Shown: piece after piece, positions 11,000 through 23,600 of the stretch | How positions within the stretch are numbered: position 1 is the stretch's first letter | Layout: every line of letters begins with the position of its first letter | NCBI GenBank assembly: GCA_965644315.1 | Contig: CBFFRQ010000005.1 | Location: 1 to 59,292, forward strand | Reading direction: 5' to 3' | Length of the DNA: 59,292 nt | DNA from: Caecitellus pseudoparvulus | Taxonomy: Eukaryota > Protista > Bigyra: Bicosoecida | Translations under genes and position numbers: made by a program | Notes under the pieces: generated by a model | The model's input: the letters and a program-made list of their open reading frames with translations, nothing else | The model's database searches: none | Told to the model about the DNA's origin: nothing

Positions 11000-11640
11000 A
11001 GAGCTCCAGTGAAAATCCTGTGACGGGGCGCGCGGAATTTGGCAGGGTGAACACGCGGGCGCGCGGGGAAACGTCGCAGGCGGGGCGCACCGGTCCTCAG
11101 GGCCTTGATTGATGAATCAGCTGGATGTTCTGTGAAGAGGGGGAGGTGTTCTTGGTGTTCTTGGTCGCGGGGGGCGTTGTTCCGGCGGTGCGCGCTGCTA
11201 CCACCTGCGTGGTGCAGTGCAACACCGTCGTGAAACGCCACCCCGAAGGCGGCCACTGCGGCTCAGGGCAGCGCGCAGTGGCCCCAGGCACGTGTGCAGT
11301 GCCTGGCGAGGGCCAGGAGATGCGGGGGGTTTCTGAATTATGAAGCGAAGTGTGGACTGGGACGAAGTAGGAGTGGGCCCGGCCCTCTCTGGCTCAGCCG
11401 ACTGAGCCGAGAGGGCGCGGGCGGGGCAGTTCGACACGTATGGGCGGGCGCGGGCGCGCCCTAGCAAGCGGCGGCTCATACAACGGACGTATGTCCGTGA
11501 TGGCTGCAGACCCACGAGAGTGGGAGCCGCTGTGGCGCTCCTGCTGTGCCTAGTGCACAGCAGCGTGCGCCACACGTGACGCCCAAGCTGTACCACGTGC
11601 AAGCGTGAAGGCAAGTTGCAATGCATTGAATTGGCTAACC
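11000..11640 (+). mobile_element. Element D: 3'-UTR-only fragment of a related retroelement
   Basis: Shares motifs with A's 3' UTR: CCCTAGCAAG.GGCGGC...ATAYAACGG, AGCCGCTGTGGCG, GTGACGC.CAAGCTGTAC and AATGCATTG..GCTAACC. Confidence 0.75.
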
Positions 11641-11740
11641 CTGCTGTGCCTAGTGCACAGCAGCGTGCGCCACACGTGACGCCCAAGCTGTACCACGTGC
11701 AAGCGTGAAGGCAAGTTGCAATGCATTGAATTGGCTAACC
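11541..11740 (+). repeat. Exact 100-bp tandem duplication of element D's 3' terminus
   Basis: 11541-11640 is identical to 11641-11740. Confidence 0.97.
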
Positions 11741-11747
11741 CTAACCC

Positions 11748-11837
11748 TGCAGAGGTGCATTGTGGGGCGCCCGTGTGACGCTCAAGCTGTACGGTGCCAA
11801 GCTGTGCCGAGGTGAAATGCATTGTGAGTTGCTAACC
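11748..11837 (+). repeat. Exact 90-bp copy of element A's 3' terminus
   Basis: Identical to 7790-7879 and flanked on both sides by short CTAACC(C) runs. Confidence 0.97.
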
Positions 11838-11843
11838 CTAACC

Positions 11844-14273
11844 GTCTGCATCGACACGGAACACGGCATGACCGAGGCCATTCACGCGACCAGTGGCGTA
11901 GCGCAAGGAAGCGTCCTCTCGCCCCTCCTATTCAAGATCGCGGTCGACCTGGTGTCCCGTGCGCTCTCCTTGAACCACATTCCCGGGGAGGGAACGGGGG
12001 AAAAACCGACACTGGGGGTCAAGCTACTGCATTCAAAGGGGGACCCAGTCCACACTGGACCCCGATTCAGCCATGCGCTGTACGCAGACGACCTGGGACT
12101 CGTCGTAGACAGCGCGGACGCCGTGATCCGTGCGATCACCATCGTCAGGCGGGTCGGGGCGCTGCTTGGGCTCAGAGTCAACGCCTCCAAGTCGGCCATC
12201 CTGATCATGCGACCAACACCACGACTTGCGTATCGCATGAGCCGACTCCATGTGCAGATAGTCAGCGCCAAGAAACGCCTTGCTGCGGAGTCACAGGCGC
12301 TAACAGTCGACGGAAAGCGGATCCCTCTCGTGGACGAATACGAGTACTTAGGAACACCGCTGCAAGCCAAGCTGTTCATACAGCATAAAGTAGCTCGTCG
12401 ACATGCTGCAACCACCTTGAGCATGGCTGGGCACTCTTCTGTGGCGATCTCTGCGGCCGAATGGCTCGCCCCGTCGGCAGCGCACCGCCTTTTGAGGACC
12501 TCAGTGGTCGCAGCAGCCGACTACACGCTGGCCATCACCGGCAAGCACTCGCTCATGCCCGACCGCATGTGCGACAATGCCGTTGGCAGTGTTCTGGACA
12601 AATCCGTGTTCGGTTTTCAGCTCCATCCGATGCGCGTCCAACACGGCGCGGTCCTTGCAGCGGCTGGTATTCCTCTGACGCACATGCGCACGATGCGGAG
12701 TCGCATTGGTTTCATAGTCCGCACACTCAAGCAGGCTGTGGTGGATTCGCCTGCTTTCAGAATCCTGATGGTGAGCGTGTGGCAGGGCCGAACGATGGTC
12801 GCGGACGTCCCGGACGAGAGGGTCCCTTCGGCCCTACTTTTGGAAGACGTAGCGGCATCAAAGCACACCTTTTACGGTACAGGCACTCCGTGGGCGGTCA
12901 GACCCCTACTTGAGTTGCGCCTGTTGGGGTACCACGAAGGTGTGTTCGGCGTTCTGGCCATGGCCGCGAGGTGGCACGATTTGAGCGGAAATCGGGACAC
13001 CACGGCCCTACACGAGGAGATGCGATCTCTCCAAAAGGCCTTAAAGCTGCCCATGAACACGGCCCAAAACGGCCCGAAGTTGTTCGTCGCAACAAGTGTT
13101 CCTGTGGCCTCTGCGAGGTTCGACAGGTCGGTTGACTTCCCGGCCACTTTCACGTTGAGGCAGCGTTTGGACCTCCTGGAGTCGTACTTGTTCATTGCAC
13201 GAACGCAAAGAACAGACATGTACCGGGAGACCATGTTCCTACCTGCTGAGTACCCGGGCCACTCACCTCGGGGAGAAATAGGCGACAAAAGAGTGAATCC
13301 GACGCTCTCGCCGAGGTCTCACCATTTGGACATCCGAGCGCGAACACACGCGGAACTGCATCCGATTCCGAGTGTTCCCTGTAGTGCTTGGACCGCCTGT
13401 CATCCTGACAGAAGTTGGTTGCCGAAGGTGTTCATGCTGCAGACACAGCAGCTCCTGCATCCGGGTGCACTCCTGACGCCGTATATCGCATGTCCTCTGT
13501 GTTTGGACCCCGAAATACGCGATGCGGAGTTCATTTTAGACCACATTCTGCTGGACTGCCCCTCAGTGTCTCTAGAACGTCTAGCGTTCTTCCGAGAGGC
13601 TGAGCAGAACATGCAGGACTGTGACGAAGCGGCAAAGTCAACCACTGTGCCGAGGCGGCCGACGGCCGAGGCCCTCCGGCACCCACCCCTGAGATACGTC
13701 ACCATTCCAGAAAGCCTGCACACAGCGGTGCAGGCTGGCTGTCAACTGGACACTGGAACACGTATCTCATGCCAGAACACCCGGGCGTTGCTGAAGCGGC
13801 TCGCCTTGTGTGGTCAGTGGCCCACGGGAGCACCCGAGTGTGCGGACTGGGATCACGCAACTTGTGCTGCCCTCACGGCGCCACACATGGAACGGTTGCG
13901 TGTTCCAGTCCGAAACTCGACCCATCTACTGGACCAAGACCCAGTGAAAGCCGCTGAAGCACTGGAGGCATTTGCTGGGCCCTTGCGGCAAAAGTTGCTC
14001 CCGAATTCTGGGGGTGCCGCTGACGGCAAAAGTTTCTACTGGCCCCACGAGGTGGTCGCCGCACCTCCCGGATGGATGAAAGCCCTGAAAACCTGCATCC
14101 GGTACTGTGGGGCCGTGTTTGATCACGTGGTAGAAGCCCAACTTCAGGGTGCAGGCGTGGAACGCGGGCAGCCCGCCGCGGACCTCGCGCGGCGAGCCCG
14201 CTACACGGCCGCCACGCCAAGCCACCTCGCTCCCGGGCGAGGTGGCGTGGCAGAGGAGCAAGAAAGTGAGTGA
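11844..14273 (+). CDS. Element C partial pol: C-terminal half of RT and zinc knuckle
   Basis: SGVAQGSVLSPLLF, LYADD (12081-12092), GLRVNASKS, YEYLG, CPLC-x13-H-x4-C. No native start. Confidence 0.9.
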   Translation, partial: VCIDTEHGMTEAIHATSGVAQGSVLSPLLFKIAVDLVSRALSLNHIPGEGTGEKPTLGVKLLHSKGDPVHTGPRFSHALYADDLGLVVDSADAVIRAITIVRRVGALLGLRVNASKSAILIMRPTPRLAYRMSRLHVQIVSAKKRLAAESQALTVDGKRIPLVDEYEYLGTPLQAKLFIQHKVARRHAATTLSMAGHSSVAISAAEWLAPSAAHRLLRTSVVAAADYTLAITGKHSLMPDRMCDNAVGSVLDKSVFGFQLHPMRVQHGAVLAAAGIPLTHMRTMRSRIGFIVRTLKQAVVDSPAFRILMVSVWQGRTMVADVPDERVPSALLLEDVAASKHTFYGTGTPWAVRPLLELRLLGYHEGVFGVLAMAARWHDLSGNRDTTALHEEMRSLQKALKLPMNTAQNGPKLFVATSVPVASARFDRSVDFPATFTLRQRLDLLESYLFIARTQRTDMYRETMFLPAEYPGHSPRGEIGDKRVNPTLSPRSHHLDIRARTHAELHPIPSVPCSAWTACHPDRSWLPKVFMLQTQQLLHPGALLTPYIACPLCLDPEIRDAEFILDHILLDCPSVSLERLAFFREAEQNMQDCDEAAKSTTVPRRPTAEALRHPPLRYVTIPESLHTAVQAGCQLDTGTRISCQNTRALLKRLALCGQWPTGAPECADWDHATCAALTAPHMERLRVPVRNSTHLLDQDPVKAAEALEAFAGPLRQKLLPNSGGAADGKSFYWPHEVVAAPPGWMKALKTCIRYCGAVFDHVVEAQLQGAGVERGQPAADLARRARYTAATPSHLAPGRGGVAEEQESE

Positions 14274-14645
14274 TAAAAGCTTGCTTTGGGTTGATAGTGC
14301 ATTTCAAGATGTTATTCTGAAGTTCCCGGTGTCGTAACGCGCGGCGGGGTCGTTTTGGGTCGCGGGGTGGCGAGGTGTGCGCGGGGTCGCCGCGGCGCTC
14401 CCAACACGCCAAGGCCGAAACCCGCGCCCAACTCGCCCAACAGGCGCCGAACGCCTGAAGGACGACGAAGAACATTAAAGTACCATGTTTTGAAAAGAAC
14501 AAGCTTACTTCACATGGTGACTCACCATGCTCTGTGCAAGATATGTGTACTGAGCAAGCGAGCGCCGCAGCCCGCTTCTTTCGAGGAGCAAGTGTGAGGT
14601 GAGTGTGGTTGAAAACAAGAGGTTGCAATGCATTGAACTTCCTAA
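11844..14645 (+). mobile_element. Element C: 5'-truncated non-LTR retrotransposon, diverged relative of A
   Basis: Starts mid-RT directly after CTAACCCTAACC. It stays in frame to 14273, and the 3' UTR ends TTGCAATGCATTGAACTTCCTAA. Confidence 0.9.
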
Positions 14646-14656
14646 GCTACAATGCA

Positions 14657-17600
14657 TTATTCTTTACCTTCCAAGCCTTCTTTGCGCATACTCTGCGCTC
14701 GAGCAGAGCGTGTGGTACTACCTTTTTGTTTCCTGGAGTGGTTGACAGGGGGCATTCTTTCGCAAGGGTGCTGTGGCAACCCTTCAGATGAATCCACAAT
14801 ACTCTTCCGTGCCATCCGAGATCGAGTACCAATGAGGATGTCACTTCTCTGCGGTGCTGAAGTAATCCTCATTGATGAGCGCTTTGCCGAGTTCACCATG
14901 CTTTTCCAAGCGCGAGGAGCTTCTCTTGTTTCACCGTCTCTACCTGGACAACTGGAGCTGAGTTTGCCGCTCACCTGCCCATTGATTGCACTTGACTGAC
15001 GAATCTGTGTTTGTTCAAGGGATTGAGAGCTTTCTGAGCGACGCCAGGCCGCGAAACCAAAGCTGTGCGATCTGGAAAACGATGCACTTCGTACTGCCTT
15101 CAGCCGGGTAGTCATCACAGACTTCGCTACAGCTACTTTTTCTGCGTTTTCTGATATCCAAAACTGAACTAAAAGTACCATGCATGTCCCGACAAAGAAA
15201 AGGTTAGTTGACCACATCACTGCTGTCACAGCCACACTGACACGCGATCCAGCCCTATCTGCAAGCGAAACTGAACTCTGGTTTGCAACCAACAACAAGC
15301 CAAGAAGAAGCGTCAAGACAACAAGCCAGAGGCTCGCAGATGCTAAGCTATTCAACAGCTTTGTGTGATATGGCCGTGTACTCAGCTGTAAAGTCAGGGC
15401 TGCGAGAGCAACTATTGCTCCTGTGGTTGCTTGCGAAGCGATACCTGCTGGCTGAAGCACAACCGAAACGAACGCAAGCAGAACTTTCTGTCCTTGAACC
15501 ACAGACTCCCATATTGGTATGTCACTTCGGTAGTCTGTGTACGCGAAACCAAGGGTGCGCCTCGCTGCAACATGTGCAGGATGCTTTTTGTTCACCAGAA
15601 CACTTCTTGCACCAGCCAGAAGTGCCGCCCCAAAAGCCGGAATACCAATAGCATACCCAATAAACCCTGGAATGCCGACACCGAACTGCAGTCGCTGAAC
15701 TGCCGGGTCATCACAGCTGACGCTGATATCTCCTGCGAGGACGCTTCGCCCCGCGATGGTGGCGCACGTCATCATATCCAAAGATGCACGAGTCATGGAC
15801 AAGTGAAGCATAAACCCTGAGGTAAGAAGTGCGACAACCAACTGGCTCGTGTGCTTGTGCTGGACAGCCTTGAGCGTTGCTCTTTCAAGGAATCCTCTGC
15901 AACCATTCCTTGTCGATCGAAATCTTGCTGCTGATAGTTGTGACCCTTCACGCAGTGGGTTTGTCGTTGTGCGCAAATCTTCACTCTGTTCACTTACGTT
16001 GGCACTTAGCCCTGTCTTGCGCATGAAACGCACAAGGGGAATAACAAGCAAGAAAGTCACCACAAGTCCAAGCGCAATGACAACTGGGATAAGAAGCATG
16101 TAAGCTCGTGATAACAGAAAGCGAGAGGTTGTCCCATCAGAAAAGTCTTGCGGGGGCAGTAGGCAGTCAGTTGAAATTGCCTCGCTGCCAGCAGACATGA
16201 GAAAGTCTGCTGACACAAACAACCCACTCAGTTCTGAAGGCCAGACAAAAGGAAAGCTAGAAGCAATACTCAGAAATTGTGCATGGCCCAGTAGTAGCTT
16301 GAGAACCGTCAGATTTACTTGACTCTTGTGGGCTGCCGCATTCAGAGTGCTCCATATCAGCCCAGAAAGCATTGCAGTTCCAACGATACCGATTCCAACG
16401 AGAGCGGAAACTTGGGCAGCCGCAGTTCCACAGGCTGTGCAGACTGTACCTCCTCTGCTCCCAGTATTTACCCAGCCATTTGCACACGTTGCGCAAAGTG
16501 GGCCTGTGTAGCCTGTGGCACACCCGAGAACTGTCGCGTTCCCAACCGGAGATCCGAAGGGCTCCCCAGTAGATGCGTGGCGATTCATCCAGTCGCTGAG
16601 GGCACTTGCTGCAGTACATGCTGGTGACGGCGTTGAGTTCGCATAAACAAAGCAGGCCTTGTGTCCCATGCTGGCCATTCCGGGAAGCACTTGTCTTGCA
16701 ACTACGCTGTGCAAAGGTGTGGGTGGCATGCTTCGCGGACACGCAAGGATACCACCAGGGCAAGGCAGGTAAATGGGGATGTCTTCTTCCAAGCCACCCA
16801 CTGCAGATGATGGGGGAACACGATAGTGCCCACCTTGTGGCACCACGGCCTCATAAGGAGCTCCGTTGCACTGCGCGTTTGGTGGGCAAGTGCGGCAAAG
16901 AACGCGCTGGGTTGCAGAAAGCACAGCTCCTCGGTCAACGGGTTCCCCCCCAAGAAGCGGCAGCAGCAGAGGCTGGGTTGCCAAGTACTGCGTCGGTCGA
17001 CAACGTGGAAGAATCGGACCCGCAGGCACACTTGGATTTCCAACAGTGCTTCCACCTTTCGCTTGCTCAGATGTTCCTGTGGCAGCTGCCACTGCCACCC
17101 AAACAGGGCCTGCTGGAATCGCAACACGCGCTTGCAGTAGCTCTGCTTGGTGCTCTCTATGCAGTTGCTCTGCGCTTGTGTACAACTTAGATCCCAGTCC
17201 CCAGGCAGCCTCCACGGCGAGGGAGGGAGTCAGCACAAAGCAGGGCAGCGATGAGTTGGTTGAAACTTCCTCCGCTGCGCTTGCTTCTATGAACACTGCC
17301 CCAGGATGGGACAGTGCCTCGAACGCATTCATATCAGCGGATAGAGGGTTGGAGCTGACGACAATCCACCAGCCCCCAATACCATACAACCTTGACGCGG
17401 CATCTGCTTGCCAGCTCCAGCGCACATAACCAAACCCAGGGTCCACGTCCGGGTCTGAGCGCAGCAAACATGCACCAATGGGTGACGTTTTGGATGCCTC
17501 GGGCGATTGTTCATACTTAAAAGAAGCCACGCTCGTTGAAACAAACCCTGATGTCATGTAAAGAGTGAATGCAAACGGTTCTGGCAAATTGGACAGAATG

Positions 17601-20600
17601 GGAAGTGGAATTCTGCCCGTGCGACTAGTATCCTGCACATCCGGAAAGGGTACCACAACTTGAAGTTGGCTTGCTGTCAGCTGTGCGAACGCTGGGCACT
17701 CGAAAATGTCAAGCATCACTCTTGCCACATCACCATCCTGAGCTCCTAAGTTACTTCCTTCAAGGATTACGATGCTCCCAGGCATGCCACGCATGGGTCC
17801 CAGTGGTGCTAACACAGGTGGTCCCATGACGACTAGAGATGCTGTGTTTCGCACACGAATGTTGTAAGTACCTGCCAACGTTGGAATAGTCATGTTGATT
17901 GTCCCAGCACTTCCCGCCGCGGACGGATTCAATGCCGCTTTGTCCACGTTGACCAAGAGTAGGGACCCGTCTTGAGTATTGGGAACCACTTGGGATGCTG
18001 GAATTGATTGCCCTGCCAGTGTCACACTTGGCACAACTTCAGAAAGTAGAATGCCTGAGACTGTAAAATTGGCAAACCGACCAGCTGAGTGAAGTCTATT
18101 GTGTTGGAGAACGGTGTCAGGTGAAAAGCTCTGCACGCTGGGCTCTTGGAATGTCACCGCAGAAGTTCGAACAGCTTCAAGCCCAAACGCTGTTTGTACC
18201 CGCACAGTGGCCGCACCTGCACCACTCAGTGTTGCTGCAGTAGCTGGGGGTGCAAGGCAGGAGAGCACGCCAGACAGCCTATCCATCACAAGGCTCATGC
18301 AAGGAGCATTCCCCACAGTAATACTCACCACGTCCTCTTCGGTGAGACCGAGATCATCACCAAACACTTCGATCCTGGTGTTGCCGAGAATGCTCAAAGT
18401 TGGTGGAGAAATACGGCTGATAGTCGGACGTGCGGCGGCTCGGATAGAAACTGTGGACGTTACGGTGAGAGTTGAGGATTCTCCCGCAGCGGCGCGAAAT
18501 ACACTGAGCTGGGCCTGCAAAGGAGTTGGCACAGAAGCTAGTGCCCGACTAGCAGTGCAGTGAAACTTGCCCTCTTCAACCCGTCGAATTGTGCACGGGA
18601 TGGAGTCCATACCATTCACAAGGAATACATCAGCCGCTGCTGAGCCAAAGTTCTCTCCAGAAAGAGTAATTTCCAATCTTGAGCTGCTGTTAGACATTGC
18701 ACCCATAAACCGGGCAGGAAGGACAGACAATATTCGTGGCTGACGAAAGGCCGCCACAATAGATCGCTGGACAGTCACGTTGCCCAGACGCGCAAAGTGT
18801 AGCATGCCTACAATTCCAACGGAAGGAAGAACTGTGCACGTAAGAATCTCAGGGCTCTGGATGCGAACATTCAGGCAGGGAAGCTCGTCAAGAAACACTG
18901 TGCAGCCAGGTGTGCCAGCAACCGCCAGGTCTGTCCCCGTGATCGTCACATTTGTGGCGAACCCCGGACTGAACAAAGATGGGACTATTTCCTTTAGTTT
19001 TGGCAACTGTACCACACGAAGCAAATGGAGAAAATTGGCCACTACAGCCAGGTCTGGAGATTGTGTCACCCGGCGAACACTAAAGCTGATCGCTGGAGCA
19101 GCCGGCAAAGAGCTTGCAGGAACGCTGCACGTGACTGTTGTATTCCCAACAGCCACCACAAGACAATCTTCACCCTCAACAAGCACTGAGACAGTGAACG
19201 CTGACGAGCCACCAAACCCACCTCCAAATAGCTGCAGCAATATAGCACTGTTGTCTGCCACCCTGTTGATTGCGGGCGGCGACACATATGTTAACACTGG
19301 CATAGCATACCGTAGCAATGGCGTTAAACTCTCAGAGCCCAAGTTTCCTTGCAATCCTGTCCTGCGTCGCACAGACACGCGAAACATAGCCCCAGCTCCA
19401 GGTGGCATAAGACACCGCAATGACTGCGTTGTGTCAACAACTACTGCTAAACACTGGACATCATCGAAAAACACCTCAACGTTTGCTTCCCCAGGAGCGC
19501 CAAAGTTTTCACCTTGAAGTGACACGAAGCCACCTTCGTGCGGAAGAATGGAAGGGCTGACCACGGCGGGCACTGGCGCATCAATCACTGACAATCCATA
19601 AAAAGAAGAGGATCGAACACTACCTGTGGAGACGACGACACTGGCACTGCTGCCTTGTATACTCACTAACGAGAGTGAACATTCAATGAACTCAGTTGGC
19701 TGAGATACCACGCGCAAGATCGCGCACGGTTGCACACTTTCTCCGAAGACAAACTCCACCGCAATTTGACTTGGGTCACCGTCAGCAGCAATGCTGGTCC
19801 CCGTAATGTTAACCAGAATGCTTCTCGCACAACTGTTGCACGAGGCATTGACTCGGGAAAAGAGGGAGGGAGACACAGATGTGACAACTGGCACAAACGT
19901 AAAGTTTGCCTCGCTGAAGCTTTGAAGACCACCGTCAAGATGAACTACAACGGGCAAATCTGATCCGTATCCTACACCAATCGTGCAGGACACGGAAGTC
20001 ACAGAAAACCTTTGCGGATATTCACAGAAGAACTGACCCAGAGAAATCGCAGATACCTGTTCGGAAAATGAAGCACCCACTAGGCCAAGGTGGGAAGCCG
20101 TCACAATCAATGTCGAGCCAGCAGTTGCAATACTGGGGAGTGCACTTGACACTACTGGCTCAGCATCGACCCACACTTTATGTGCCACTGTGTGTCCTCC
20201 CACAGAGATGTTCACGAACCTCGTGCCACCACCTTGAGGTGCCTGCAGTTGGACCCGCGGGAGACCCTGGCACTCGATTTCGGTCGGACCTCGCCATACA
20301 ATGTAAGCGGGTGCGGAACAATTTGCACCTGCTACCATCAGCGTGGCGTTTGACGCGAAGAAAAGGTCCTCACTTGGCGCAAGGTTTGCACCGACCAGCC
20401 TGACGTTCACAGACTGTTCGAAGGTCGGCGATGACCTTGCAGAGATCAACGGCTGCGGAAGAACAGCAGCAACAACAGGTAGGGCATAGCTCACAGCAAC
20501 TGGACTTAATACATCCGAAGCGACACCATGCATAACGACTGAGACTCTGAGGGATGCCCCGAAGCCTGGGAGCGTGGTGCAGGCAACCCCACTATCGTCT

Positions 20601-23600
20601 GAAAGGACCACTGCATCAATACAAGCAATATGATTGAGCCAAACTTGAACGTCCCAGTCCCCTGACAAAACATTATCGGTCTTGATCACAATGGTACTCC
20701 CACCCGACTGCTGTAGGTGGGCACTCGTCACACCAAGTGTTACTGGTGCGAAAGCACTGATGTTTGTTGAAACATCTTGCGGAGGCGTCAGAATATGCGA
20801 TAAAATGCCACGTGCAAATACACGTGACCCCACTAGGCCACCAGGAAAGACACAAGTAAAGTCACTGGCTCCAGAAGGAACTAGAACGGTGCATCTAACT
20901 TGTTTGCCACTCTTACCTCGAATAGGGTCAGCTCGGAGGGAGACCTGAAGGCCAGCAGAGAGGAGCAACATTGGATCGGACATTGCTGAAAAGTGAACAG
21001 TCACATTCGTTTCACCATGCACTTGAAGGAAGGCATTATCAAGCAGACCAACTGCTTCCAACTCCGGAACCTTGTGGTCGACCTCCAGCCACGTGTCGTG
21101 ATCCTCAACTCCGCTAAGAAAACGCAGCTTCCCCTTCCCTATACCCCCTGGAAGTAAACATGACAATGTGGTGGCATTTATGACAAATGCGTGTTTGCAC
21201 TCCAGCTCTGGGGCGTCAAGCCAACCATCAAGTTGCAGTTGCACGGACACAAAGTGATGGCCAGTTTGCCCAAATCCTGACCCTTGCAAAATCGCGAGTG
21301 CCTCAACATTCGGAAGCTGCATGTGAGACGATCCTACGTCAATAGCAACTCCAGACATCACTGGATTTGGGTACTTGAGCTCAAACTGTGAACGCTGCCA
21401 CAAGTTGCAAGTGTATACCCATACATCTTGATGCAAAGAAGATCTGTCCCACTCAGGGACACTGCACGTTGCGTTAAACTCTACACGACCTGCAATTGGC
21501 GATTGCCCGACACTGAGGAGGGTGCAAATACTACTCTGGGCACCAATACGTAACACAGGAGCACTACCATTCCAACAGGATGCGTGCGTTGACCCGCGCA
21601 CAAACACGTGGGTGTCGCTGAACGACAATTCAAGCGGGACAACATTCTGCAGCCCAGATGGCATCAAACATGCCAGACCGCGTCCAGGTGCCATCTGAGT
21701 TATCGAAGACATGAATGCTGGTGGGCCAATCTCATCACAAAAGGTGTGATTCGATGCAGGATTACCGTCAAGCATAAGGGAATGCAAATCACTTGCGTGT
21801 GTGTCAACAAAATCGAACTCTCCAAGCGCACTAAACACTGTCCAACTCTGAAGCGCCTCTTCAACAAGAAACGGAATAAGGTTATCCCGAAGGTCCACAA
21901 ACTGGACCTCTCCCGGAGGCAACGTTGCCATTCCGTCAGTCGCATCAACTATCCCAAGACCACGCAGGTCAACTGCACCTCCTCTGTGGCTCGAACAGTC
22001 AGTAACGTACACTCCGTCAACCCTATCCTCCAAAATACAACCATGAGGAATCGTTGCTGCAGTAACCCTGAGAGACACCTCAGACATTCCACTGTGTCGG
22101 CGGCCTTCTTCACCAAGCAAGCTGTTGGCCGCTGGAATACAGAGCACACGGTTATTGTTCAAGCTACACAGCGTATCGGTTGCGGAAGAAGGTTCTAGAG
22201 TTGCGGCCCACGATTGCGACACATTGCGGACGTACGTAGGCAGGTACGCACTCACTACTTCCCTTGTGGTGCTGAGTGCGTTCGGGATTGTTCGGTCTGG
22301 TAATCGGCCCCACCAAAGAGCACTGCCATTTCTCGTTACAGCACGTGTCATCAGCACACCGCAGTCGACGCTCACAATGTCCTCATGGGCGCCAGGAACA
22401 GGCGTCGGAGTTCGGAAGTTGTACGAACGGACGTAGGGTGCCACCTCACCCTGCCAGTTCTGCCCCCAGCAGAATACCCCTCCCTCCGAAACGGCACACG
22501 AATGGCGAGAACCCGCGCACATACTTGTGACATTTGACAGCCCGACATCTCTGGGATTTCCGCGTCCACCGCCACCGGCTGCGCCGTACGTAGTTTCCCC
22601 CCAGCAGTGCACACGATGATGTGAAGACAGAACACATGCATGAGCTGAACCCACGACCAAGTCAACGAGTTGTTCTGCACCAGACACTGTCAACGCTCTT
22701 GGGCCAACGTGATTGCTGGAGGATCCCAAAAAGTCTCTGGATATTCCCCAACACCACACTTTGTTCCCCGTCAATGGCAAAGCGCAGGTCGCAGGCCGGT
22801 GCGAGGTCGCAACTTTAACAATGGGTGGCAGTCTCTCCAGGAAGAGTGGTGCGTGCAGAGTGCCAACACTCGTCCCAAGATTTGGTCCAAGGCGGTGATT
22901 GTCACCTCGACCGAAGCAAGCTACGGACCCGTTGGTCACTGCACATGTGTGGGATGAGCAAGTGGAAAATTGATCCACAGGGGGAAGGGGCAGAACCCCA
23001 CTTCCCCATTGTCGGACATGCGGACCATCGAATCCCGAAAATGGTGACCCAGAGCACCACAACTTTCTTGACTCGGTGAGCATGCAAGCAGCATGCAGCT
23101 GAGTCCCACTTTGCCCATTGTGGTGAAAAGCTACAATTGACTCTCCCAATATGCTGCGCATTGCAGAAAAAGAACCCCCTAGGGATGAAACTGCACTCAA
23201 CGTTTCGTGAAGTTGCACAGTGCACTGCGTAGCAACTGAGCTACCCTTTCCAACAGTGGATCGTCCAGGCGGACACCAGTCACATGCAGTCGCTCCACTC
23301 AATGAACTCTGATAACGCCCATAGGGGCACTTCAAGCACTGCGAACATGGCGGATTGAACATGTCGCGTCTGGTGCGTCAAAGACCTCCCCATGCTTCCA
23401 CGATACTCACCGTGGCCGAGAGTGTCCTCTCACCTCGCTCGTTGTTGGTCACGGCATGTGTCGTGCGGCGACCACCAGCTGCGCTAGCATCGAAAGGCCC
23501 CATTGAATCAAACCCTAGCAGCCCACCATCCTGAAAAACATTTGTGTCCACACCGTTGTAAATCGGTGAGGATCCCCCAAGTTCTCGGCGCGAACATGAG

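Noticed and set aside
10812-11090. ORF encoding a Leu-Gly repeat
   Set aside because: It is just a translation of the TTAGGG tract.
11641-11837. HDV-like ribozyme in the tags (GCTAA as J4/2)
   Set aside because: I could not find compatible P1/P3 pairings by hand. An Infernal or RNArobo search would settle it.
11541-11843. CRISPR-like or LTR interpretation of the repeats
   Set aside because: There is no repeat-spacer periodicity, no cas genes and no TG..CA/PBS. The units are copies of element 3' ends.
11760-11843. N-terminus of the 837-aa ORF as a genuine start
   Set aside because: It reads through the A tag and telomere repeats into a mid-RT truncation, so it is a chance in-frame junction.
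13560-14273. Restriction-like endonuclease after the zinc knuckle (Dualen/R2-type)
   Set aside because: No convincing PD-(D/E)xK motif is visible in A or C.
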